Assembly (NCBI GenBank): GCA_964647565.1
Contig: CAZYIM010000019.1
Location: 1 to 31,144, forward strand
Direction of reading: 5' to 3'
From: an uncultured Methanosarcinales archaeon
GTDB taxonomy: Archaea > Nanobdellota > Nanobdellia > Woesearchaeales > CAZYIM01
DNA length: 31,144 nt
Shown: positions 17,198 through 25,467 of the stretch, in pieces
Position numbering within the stretch: the stretch's first letter is position 1
Layout: the number at the start of each line of letters is the position of its first letter
The notes under the pieces: generated by a model
The model's database searches: none
The model's input: the letters and a program-made list of their open reading frames with translations, nothing else
What the model was told of the DNA's origin: nothing
Translations under genes and position numbers: made by a program

Positions 17198-17524
17198 TTA
17201 TTCCTTCTGCATCAAGGCTTCAATCTTACTGCGTAAGAGATCCTTAGGTGCAAAGCCCACAATTCTGTCAACTTCCTTGCCGTCTTTTATCAGGATCAGA
17301 CAAGGTATCCCAGTTATGTTGTACTTGCCTGAGATATCAGGCTCTTCATCTGTGTTGACCTTGCCAAAGTCCAGTTTGCCTTCAAACTCTCCGCTTAGCT
17401 CCTCGAATACTGGAGCCATCATCCTACAGGGTCCACACCAATCAGCCCAAAAATCCACCAGGATAGGGGTATCTTTTGTTGATTCTTCCTCAAAGTTTGC
17501 TGAATCTAGTTTTTTTAATGCCAT
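17198..17524 (-). CDS. trxA: thioredoxin
   Basis: VDFWADWCGPCRMMAP active site; 108 aa; GGTGA SD. Confidence 0.97.
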   Translation of the reverse strand: MALKKLDSANFEEESTKDTPILVDFWADWCGPCRMMAPVFEELSGEFEGKLDFGKVNTDEEPDISGKYNITGIPCLILIKDGKEVDRIVGFAPKDLLRSKIEALMQKE

Positions 17525-17625
17525 AGTTTTTCACCTTACAAAATTTTAATCTAAAAACAAGCATTTCATTTATAAAGAAGCCTAACTTGTGCGATATTCA
17601 GTAGTCAGAATGCACATCTAAGATA

Positions 17626-18153
17626 TTAAACTAGAGATTTCCAGTTTTTCTTATAGAAAGCATATTTTTTTTCAAATTCTTGTTTTGGAGTTAAAGGGAT
17701 ATCCAGATCTTTCAATAATTTCTTCAATAATGACAAGGTTTTTAGTTTTTCTTTTTCTGTAGACATTTTCTCAAGCTCAAGGATATATCCATATCCCTTT
17801 GTATGGTCAACCATGACTGAGATATCATTCCAACTAAATGTATGCCTTTTTCTAAACCATTTAATATCAACATTAAAACCTAAAGACATAAATAACTGTT
17901 CGAGTTTGTCAAAATCCTCTTTATCATGTTTAATCTCAATTTCTTCACGGAAATCATCGTGTATCTTTCCCTTTTTCATCCATATTTTAGAATAAAAGTT
18001 GTTCTTTTGTATTCTTAAGTCCTGGTCACCATCAAAATAATAAGTGATTTGATAGTCTTCATTAACAAAATTGCCTTGTTCTTTAAAAAACGCCAGAAGC
18101 TCAGCATATTTTTCTTCTGAAATAAAACTTCTAACCTCAACCTCAATATTCAT
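17626..18153 (-). CDS. CYTH domain protein (class IV adenylate cyclase/triphosphatase-like)
   Basis: N-terminal IEVEVR, LRI, REEIEI, RKR and GYILELE. Confidence 0.88.
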   Translation of the reverse strand: MNIEVEVRSFISEEKYAELLAFFKEQGNFVNEDYQITYYFDGDQDLRIQKNNFYSKIWMKKGKIHDDFREEIEIKHDKEDFDKLEQLFMSLGFNVDIKWFRKRHTFSWNDISVMVDHTKGYGYILELEKMSTEKEKLKTLSLLKKLLKDLDIPLTPKQEFEKKYAFYKKNWKSLV

Positions 18154-18236
18154 ATATGTCCGAACATGGATTTGATTAATAAAAGTTTGGTTTGCACAGC
18201 CAAAATTTTATAAATACAGCTTTATTTTTATTTTTC

Positions 18237-18590
18237 ATGGTTGAGGTAAATTTTGCATGCAAAAAGATGACTATTGAGCAGATAATGAAATGCTCTTTTA
18301 ATCTTAGTTCTGGTGAGATGAAGGTACTTAGAGTGGTGAGCAATGTCTGTAACAGCAGGATGACTGTCAAGGATATCACCAAGCAAATCAGCAAAGATCG
18401 AACAACTGTACAAAGGGCTGTTAAGGGCTTGTTTGAAAAGGGTTTGATCAAGAGAAGACAGATCAATCTGGATGGAGGTGGCTACATCTTCACATATTTC
18501 TGCCAGTCAAAGAAAGAGATCAAAGAGCTCATGAAACATAGTCTAAAGAAATTCGAAGAGACCATCGGTAAAGAGATCGACAGGTGGTAA
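18237..18590 (+). CDS. winged-HTH transcriptional regulator (TrmB/MarR-like archaeal type)
   Basis: KCSFNLSSGE, TVKDI..ISKDRTTVQRAV..L.EKGLIKRRQ.NL.GGGY.FTY. Start taken at ATG 18237. Confidence 0.85.
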   Translation: MVEVNFACKKMTIEQIMKCSFNLSSGEMKVLRVVSNVCNSRMTVKDITKQISKDRTTVQRAVKGLFEKGLIKRRQINLDGGGYIFTYFCQSKKEIKELMKHSLKKFEETIGKEIDRW

Positions 18591-20053
18591 AAATCCAATG
18601 GGAACTGATCTATAAAGAGAGGGATGCAAATCTATTTCCATTCTATGTCTTTGCAAAGCCTTTTGGTACTATGATAAAAGACTTGGTAGGCAGGAATCTA
18701 TCACCCATTGCATTAGTGTTCTCAAAAAAAGGTGTGGAGTACTATGTAAACCACGAGGAATTCAAGAGATTGGGTGAAAAGGTATTTGAACTTTATATGG
18801 ATAAAAATTTCTATATCAACATGGTGGAGAGAATCGACGAATATACCTTGAAGATCACAGAATTTTGCGAGGATATCGAGAAACTTGATCTTGATAGTCT
18901 TAATGAATCTGATCTCAAGATGCATGTTGAAAAGCTCTGCATGTTTAATGAAGAGCTTGACAGGTGGGGCCAGCTAACCAGTATTTTGGAGTATGGCAAA
19001 AACAGCTTTCTTACAGACGGCTTGATGAAGGAGATTGATAAACAGATCAAAGAAAAAAAGCTTGATCTGAATAAAGTCGAAGTGTCAAAGCTCATGTCCC
19101 AACCTGTAAGAAGCTCATATTTTAGGGATGAGAAAATAGCCCTTATGAAACTTGCTGTGAAAGTACAACAAAATAATCTTAAACCAGAGAATATAATAGC
19201 TGAATTAGAGGACATAAAAAACAAGTACTGTTGGATCCTCTTTGGCTATGTTGGTCCTGCAATAACAGTTGAAGATTTAAAGAAAGAAATCTCTTCAATG
19301 GTTGAGAACAAGGATCTTGAAAAAGAGCTTGAAGAGAAACAACTGGAGCTTGATACGACCAAGAAAGCCCAACAAGAGATGGAAAATAAATTAGATCTTA
19401 ATGAATATTTCAAGATGCGTTTTAGAATAGTCAGGGAACAGACTTTCTATAAGGAACATAGGAAGGAAGTGTTATTCCATAGTTTCTATGTCTGTGAGTT
19501 AATACATGAAGCTTTAGCTAAAAGATATAAGCTGGACAAGCATATTTATAGATTCATACTGCCGAATGAGTATCATGGAGATCTTAAGTTGCTATATGAA
19601 CAAAGAAAGAAGCTTTGCATTTATTATATCGATGATGATCATGACCATGTTCTTGTCGGGGATGATGCAGAGAAGATTTTGGCACAAATCAATACAACTG
19701 AAAAAAAGAATCTTAAAAGAGTTAAAGAACTTAAAGGGCAATGTGCATTTGCAGGTAAGGTAAAAGGTAAAGTAAAGATTATCATGGGCATTAACCATCT
19801 TGAAAAACTTGAGAAAGGAGATATTTTAGTCTCCTACTCAACCAATCCTCAGATGACTATTGCCATGTACAAAGCAGGCGCAGTCATAACAGAACAGGGT
19901 GGTATTGCATCGCATGCAGCCATTGTCTCCAGGGAAATGAAGATTCCTTGTTTAGTGGGTGTACAAGGAGCCACAGAAACTCTAAGCGATGGCGACAAAG
20001 TTGAAGTTGATGCTACAAATGGTATAATAAAAATAATAGAGAAAGCGGATTAA
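18584..20053 (+). CDS. protein with a C-terminal PEP-utilising swivelling phospho-His domain
   Basis: LKGQCA..G.VKGKVKII...GDILV..STNP...AVITEQGGIASHAAIVSREMKIPCLVG. Helical N-terminal region; no ATP-grasp domain seen. Overlaps the HTH gene. Confidence 0.88.
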   Translation: MVKIQWELIYKERDANLFPFYVFAKPFGTMIKDLVGRNLSPIALVFSKKGVEYYVNHEEFKRLGEKVFELYMDKNFYINMVERIDEYTLKITEFCEDIEKLDLDSLNESDLKMHVEKLCMFNEELDRWGQLTSILEYGKNSFLTDGLMKEIDKQIKEKKLDLNKVEVSKLMSQPVRSSYFRDEKIALMKLAVKVQQNNLKPENIIAELEDIKNKYCWILFGYVGPAITVEDLKKEISSMVENKDLEKELEEKQLELDTTKKAQQEMENKLDLNEYFKMRFRIVREQTFYKEHRKEVLFHSFYVCELIHEALAKRYKLDKHIYRFILPNEYHGDLKLLYEQRKKLCIYYIDDDHDHVLVGDDAEKILAQINTTEKKNLKRVKELKGQCAFAGKVKGKVKIIMGINHLEKLEKGDILVSYSTNPQMTIAMYKAGAVITEQGGIASHAAIVSREMKIPCLVGVQGATETLSDGDKVEVDATNGIIKIIEKAD

Positions 20054-20876
20054 TTCTCAGTAGCCAACTCATCCATGGCTTCTGTCTGTAATTCAGCAAA
20101 ATCCTTTTTCTTGGGAAGATGAATATTGATCAGACCGAAGTGTTTTCTTTGGCGTATATCGATCTTCCGGGCATAGTCCAGATGCAATAGCGGAATGAAA
20201 GTATAAACCTTGTCCTCTTTGGCATCAGAAGGTATCAATTGTTCAAAAGTCAACTTAATAGTGCTTTCTTTCTTGAAATATACCTTTACTTTTTCATAGA
20301 CCTCTTTCATAACCAAGGTTATATCTTTAGGCTTGTCAGGCACTTCAGGCGGCGCAACAGTATTTTTCAACAGTCTATTACGCTTATCTTCTACATCCAG
20401 AGCCTTTCCAAAGCCTCAACAAGATCATAGACAGATACCTTTCTCTTTCTAGGCTGAGGTGTTCTTGGATATATCTTTGGTTTATTCAAGTCTTCCTTAG
20501 CTTTCTCTGCACCCATAGCAATATCCTGCAGCTCAGCTAAAAGATCCATTGGCTCCTCTGCACCCGCCAAGAGATTATCAAGCATTGTTATGTCTTCCTG
20601 CAGCAGCCTGTTGGACTTGATCTTAAGAAGTAATGCAGCTGCCAGAACCATCTTACCTGATATCCGAAAGTTCATCTCTTTTAACTTCCTGAGATTCTTG
20701 ATAAAGTTCTTGGCTATTAAAGAGACATCAATATCCCACGGATTCATCTGCTCAGCATTGATCATATCGTAGATGACATTCTGCCAAGTAAGCTCGTCTT
20801 CCTCAAATAGAAGCCCGAATATCTTATCAGACTGTTCTACCTGTTTATCTGTAGGTGGCTTTCTTCTCCGCGCCAT
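20050..20876 (-). pseudogene. scpA: segregation/condensation protein A (kleisin), split by a 1-nt frameshift near 20405
   Basis: N-part: MNPWDIDV, SGKMVLAAALLLKIKS, RKVSVYDLVEALE. C-part: TFEQL...VYTFIPLLHL...IDIRQ..HFGLI. Adding one A (GAAAGG to GAAAAGG) joins them as EALEKALDVEDKRNRLLKN. Confidence 0.85.
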
Positions 20877-20970
20877 AGTGAAAATTTGAATTGTGGGGGT
20901 ATATAAAAGTTTTGGTTAGGAAATGGAAAAATCTATTCGCAATCATGTCAATAAACACTGGCAATATTTA

Positions 20971-21066
20971 TCAAACACTACCCATGCTCAACAAGACCAT
21001 ACCAACAATTGCAACAACAGCGACAATGGCAACTATAGGAAGCCAAAACTTCTTCTCATCCGACAT
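20971..21066 (-). CDS. 31-aa single-TM microprotein (below the ORF track cutoff)
   Basis: AGGAGGTG SD, ATG at 21066, MSDEKKFWLPIVAIVAVVAIVGMVLLSMGSV, then tandem TGA TAA stops. TATA-like TTTATAAA near 21166-21173. Confidence 0.7.
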   Translation of the reverse strand: MSDEKKFWLPIVAIVAVVAIVGMVLLSMGSV

Positions 21067-21190
21067 TTCAACACCTCCTAATATACGAGAAGGTGCCAGA
21101 AATTTTATTTCTAAGCACCTCTAATAGTTATATTAGTAGCTTATAATGTATACTAGTATCTAATCTTTATAAATATTTCCCTTTTTAAGC

Positions 21191-22282
21191 TTATTTCAGC
21201 CTAGAAATAGCCATTTCAAGATTGTTCTCAGCTCTAGCTTCATATTTCTCCTGGAAATCTGAAGTCCAGTAGATGCTCTCTCTTTCCAAGAAATCGCCTA
21301 GCACCATAGACCTTCCCTCTTTGAACTTTTCATCAGGAAATTGAATATACTCATTCCGGATGTCAACCAGATCATACTGGTTGAATTCTGCTTCCTCCGC
21401 AGCAAGGATACGCAGATCAATGTCTGCTGAATACATCTCATCCTTGGTCTGAGGAGTATACTCGAAGTGATTGGTTGCATTGATAGTAGACTCTGCACCT
21501 CCTAACACAAGATCATCTAATCCAAACGGTTTAAACGTCTTGAGCAAATATGTTATACAATCAGCAGGTTTATCCTCCACATCATGCAGCCACAGTCCCA
21601 ACTCAACACCAAGAGCATTGTCAAGTTTATCCTTATTCTCATCAAAAGTATGCATAAGGTTAGCTATATGCTGCAGGGTGTGGTAATGCCTTTTAGATGC
21701 AAAATACTTGGAAGTGATTTCATCATAAACAGATTGTACATCTCCTTTTAAACCAAGCCTCTTACAAAGATCCTCCCAACTGTCCCTTGAAACTCTGCCG
21801 GTCTTTTCCAGAAAAGCCTTGTACGTGCCCCTAGGAACAAACTGTCTCAATTCATCCTCCCAAGTATCTAGCTTGGTCATCTCCTTTGCAAAGCTGGAAC
21901 TGATTGTCCTATATTCATGAGGTGGGATGATAAAGATCGTAGTTATGTCAGGATCTATTTTTGCATTCTTTTCCCTAAGATCAAATTCAGATTCAAAATC
22001 TCTTTCATGACGAATACCCCTCAACAAATACTGAGCACCAATAGATTTAGCATATTTAACAAGGATCCTGGTTCCAAACTGGTCAATCTCGACATTATCA
22101 ATATTCTTTGTAATTTCATTTAATAGGTTAATCTTCTCACCCATGTTAAACATAGGGATCTTAGCAGTATTAGTGCCAATGGCAACCACCAGCCTATCAA
22201 AGAGTTTTGCACCTTCCTTAATCATGAAATCATGTCCGTTTGTAGCAGGATCAAAACTGCCTGCATATACTGCTTTTCTCAT
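21191..22282 (-). CDS. coaD: bacterial-type phosphopantetheine adenylyltransferase fused to an HD-superfamily phosphohydrolase-like domain
   Basis: N-half: AVYAGSFDPATNGH, LLRGIR...DFESE, ISSSFAKE. C-half: RHYHTLQHI, WLHDV, DIDLRILA, IRNEY, GR..VL..FL....IY, ARAENNL. Confidence 0.88.
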   Translation of the reverse strand: MRKAVYAGSFDPATNGHDFMIKEGAKLFDRLVVAIGTNTAKIPMFNMGEKINLLNEITKNIDNVEIDQFGTRILVKYAKSIGAQYLLRGIRHERDFESEFDLREKNAKIDPDITTIFIIPPHEYRTISSSFAKEMTKLDTWEDELRQFVPRGTYKAFLEKTGRVSRDSWEDLCKRLGLKGDVQSVYDEITSKYFASKRHYHTLQHIANLMHTFDENKDKLDNALGVELGLWLHDVEDKPADCITYLLKTFKPFGLDDLVLGGAESTINATNHFEYTPQTKDEMYSADIDLRILAAEEAEFNQYDLVDIRNEYIQFPDEKFKEGRSMVLGDFLERESIYWTSDFQEKYEARAENNLEMAISRLK

Positions 22283-22349
22283 ATTACATCACCATAAATA
22301 TTCTAAAGATTTAACTCATAAAAACTTTATCTATAAAGTTCTATAAAGA

Positions 22350-22853
22350 TTAATCTAACTTCGACAAAACCTTATTATACCCGCCGTTATCATGCATTTC
22401 CCAAAATGCCTTATCATGTTTTTTCTTAAGCAGAGGAAAGGCATCAGTCTTATGGATAAGATACTCTTCAAGCTTCATATATTTGAATCCAGAAGTACCC
22501 AATAATTGACCTGCCTTTGTAATGTCCACCATCCAAAAATCCCCCTTATCAAGATCCAGCTTGGTTTCGAGTGTCCTTCCTTGTTTTAATCGCTTGCTAG
22601 CATCTTGAGGAGTCCACGGCTTTTCCAGATTAAAGGAAATATCGCCTGGCGTACCATCATAAACCAAGAAATGACCACTTACGCTATAAGCCTCTGCAAT
22701 AGTCAGATTAGGCTTCTTTAAAACTATCAAGCCTCTTTGAAAGCCACCTATCCATTCTCTGGGCAGTAAACGAAGATTTTTCTTTTCAAAAACTTCCTTT
22801 TCCTGCTTAGTAGAACGCAATCCGGCATAATGCACTATTAATTCAACCACCAT
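22350..22853 (-). CDS. hypothetical protein
   Basis: 167-aa ORF with GGGGGTG SD and an upstream TATA-like box; no recognised motif. Confidence 0.7.
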   Translation of the reverse strand: MVVELIVHYAGLRSTKQEKEVFEKKNLRLLPREWIGGFQRGLIVLKKPNLTIAEAYSVSGHFLVYDGTPGDISFNLEKPWTPQDASKRLKQGRTLETKLDLDKGDFWMVDITKAGQLLGTSGFKYMKLEEYLIHKTDAFPLLKKKHDKAFWEMHDNGGYNKVLSKLD

Positions 22854-22970
22854 AGCACCCCCCGTACCATTTCAGAGTGGATATGAAGTATATATAGTTA
22901 TCGAAAATGCAAGGCATTTTCGTAACTTCTGAATTGTTCAAAAATTCACTAAGTTTTCGAAAAGCAAACT

Positions 22971-25391
22971 TTAACCTCTTTCAAAATCAAATAACTTGGG
23001 CTTAGGTTTGAATCCGAATGTGGCACCATCTGACTTCTGCATCTCCTCAAGCAACTGATCGGCATCTCTATACAATATCCTGGCATCCTCGATCTGCATC
23101 TTTATATTAGGTCGCTTCATGATATCATCAAAAGCAGTGCCGACCATCTCTGCAGTAGCAATACAATCGTGCTTGATCAGGTTGTCCTTAATATATGCCA
23201 CGTCCTTTTCACTCAGTTCGCCATTTTTCTTTTCCCTGTTGTAGAGTACCCTTTCAAGTCTCTGTGCCACCTTAGGATTATTTTCAATAAAAGGAGGTAT
23301 TAGAGAAAAGTGAACCTCATCAGCAACCTTTCGGACAACATCGCCAGGCGCATTTTCAAGTTGTCTTACCCAGCTATCATAGTGCTCTGGAACATCAGCA
23401 GCAATCGGCAAGCTTTTCTCTAGATTCATGGATAACAGTGTTTTTCTCTCGTCCCCAGTCAGTTGGCCGACAACATCAACATACCTAAATCTCCTGACAA
23501 TATTATGTGGTATATCTAGAGGCCTGTTGGTCATAGCAATTGTAATTATGCCATTATAATCTTCCATACCATCAAGGACTTCGTTGAAGACCTGCTCAAT
23601 CTGATCCATATCCTTATCAGAATAATTACCCACACCACTCCTGGCAAACCATGCATTGAACTCATCTAACACGAGTGCTACTGGTTTGGCCATTCTTGCC
23701 TGGTCCCTTAATTCCAGGGCCTCGTCATAAACCCTTTTAACATTTGAGACAGACTCATGCATATATGCTGTCAAGGTATTTGCAACGCTGACACTGGCAC
23801 CAATAACCCTTTCATCTCCGCAGACACCTCTTCCAAGCTCTGTCTTTCCACAGCCATACGGCCCTATAAGTAAAATATTACTTCGGACTTTCCTTCCTGG
23901 CGCAGTAAGCATCATGATCCTTGCACTGGTGCCTGTCTTTATGATCTCATTGAGGTGCATCTTTGACTCATCAAAGCTCTTGCCAATAACATCATCCATC
24001 TTAACTGTCGGAGTAGGCTTTCTCTCAAAGTAGAACTGACCGACCTGGCCTTTCCGGCCAACATAGTATTCATTATCAGACATCTTGTCCTGGCGCAACC
24101 TTCTCTTCTTGAGGGTCATACCTACATCTTTCATCTGATCCTTGATCTCGACGCTCTTCTTGACAACTTGCTTAGCCTGCTCTGCCCGATCATACATATC
24201 ATCTTCTTTTGAAAGATCTTTCAATCCATCAATCAACACAGTGAAGAGCTTAGTTCTTAACTCAGCTATGTCCTTCTCAGTCCTGTTATCAGGTACTACA
24301 TCATCAGGATCCTGCACGATGCCATCAAGGTCTATTTTCTTTATCCTGTCCAGCTCTTTCTCGATCTTCATATTATCTTCACGAAGGACCTTCCTGATCA
24401 TATCAATCTCTGAAAGGTTTGATTGTATCTCTGGCTGCTCCAATAACCTTTTCTGATTATCCTCCAGATCTGAATAGACCCTATAAAAGTCAGATATTGC
24501 TCCAGCCATCTTCTGGAAAAAGGCATTTGGAGTGGTGATGTACTTAAGCATCATGGGATCTGCCACAGCAGACAGTTTTTCTGCTGAATCCTCAACTGCC
24601 CAGGAACTCAAGGTTTTTGTGATCTGTTGGTCTCCTTTTTTCTTTTTCCTGTGATGGATCTCCTTGTATTCAGGCAACGCATCAATCAGGTTCAACAATA
24701 CATCTGTCATGACAGGATTTCCCTCATACAGTCTGACTTTCACATATTTAGCCAAAGGACCTTCATCCCTGTCTATCATCATCATCATTTGATTCATCTT
24801 ATTGGCCTTGTCATCCTCTGGCTTGATGAACCTGTCCTTGAGGTATTTATCATAAGAGACAAAGTTATGCCTTACACCCTTTAACATTTCAGGCAATGTA
24901 TGCTTGATTGTGATGTAGTTTTGTATTGAGTTAAAAATGATGTTATGTGCAGACTTAGCAGCTCTCCAAGCATTACTATCGCGCCGCATAGAACCTGAAT
25001 CATATGCCTCTGTCCCAAGTGATTCAACATCATCAAGCCTGCCACTGACTCGCGAATTATACTGCAGACCCAGCTGCACGTATCTATTGACAAAATCTAT
25101 CAGCGTATTGTTTATTGCCCGCCATAACTTAGGGTAGAATGCCAAGCTGATACCTTCCTGTCTAAGAGAAGAATGCACCTCCTCAGCTTCCTTAAATGTT
25201 TCAGAAAGGGTTGTACCTATCTTGTCCAGTTCAGGCAGATTATTGACTAATCCCCTACAGAATCCCTCTAAAGGCTGCCTGCAAGCCTGCACTAGCTCTA
25301 CTGTATCATGTTCAGAATCAGATCTATTGCTGAACATCATGCCAAGAACTTCGCCGAGATTCATCTCTCCACTCATTATCTTTGCTTTCAT
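22971..25391 (-). CDS. AAA+ ATPase (classical AAA clade) with a long helical/coiled-coil N-terminus
   Basis: Walker A GPYGCGKT, pore loop TAYMHES, Walker B LVLDEF, SRH MTNRPLDIPHNIVRRF. GGTGG SD. Confidence 0.9.
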   Translation of the reverse strand: MKAKIMSGEMNLGEVLGMMFSNRSDSEHDTVELVQACRQPLEGFCRGLVNNLPELDKIGTTLSETFKEAEEVHSSLRQEGISLAFYPKLWRAINNTLIDFVNRYVQLGLQYNSRVSGRLDDVESLGTEAYDSGSMRRDSNAWRAAKSAHNIIFNSIQNYITIKHTLPEMLKGVRHNFVSYDKYLKDRFIKPEDDKANKMNQMMMMIDRDEGPLAKYVKVRLYEGNPVMTDVLLNLIDALPEYKEIHHRKKKKGDQQITKTLSSWAVEDSAEKLSAVADPMMLKYITTPNAFFQKMAGAISDFYRVYSDLEDNQKRLLEQPEIQSNLSEIDMIRKVLREDNMKIEKELDRIKKIDLDGIVQDPDDVVPDNRTEKDIAELRTKLFTVLIDGLKDLSKEDDMYDRAEQAKQVVKKSVEIKDQMKDVGMTLKKRRLRQDKMSDNEYYVGRKGQVGQFYFERKPTPTVKMDDVIGKSFDESKMHLNEIIKTGTSARIMMLTAPGRKVRSNILLIGPYGCGKTELGRGVCGDERVIGASVSVANTLTAYMHESVSNVKRVYDEALELRDQARMAKPVALVLDEFNAWFARSGVGNYSDKDMDQIEQVFNEVLDGMEDYNGIITIAMTNRPLDIPHNIVRRFRYVDVVGQLTGDERKTLLSMNLEKSLPIAADVPEHYDSWVRQLENAPGDVVRKVADEVHFSLIPPFIENNPKVAQRLERVLYNREKKNGELSEKDVAYIKDNLIKHDCIATAEMVGTAFDDIMKRPNIKMQIEDARILYRDADQLLEEMQKSDGATFGFKPKPKLFDFERG

Positions 25392-25467
25392 TAATTACCA
25401 CCATCCTCAAATAATAAGAGAGGGGTAACCTCTATTAATTTATAAATGTTACTACCTTTAAGAAGAT

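Noticed and set aside
20891..21124. Track ORF 20891..21124 (+)
   Set aside because: It is the antisense shadow of the SD-led microprotein on the minus strand.
1617..25434. Recurring GGTTAC/GTAACC in promoter regions (about 1628, 6801, 16973, 25425)
   Set aside because: Too short, and inconsistently placed relative to TATA boxes, to separate from chance.
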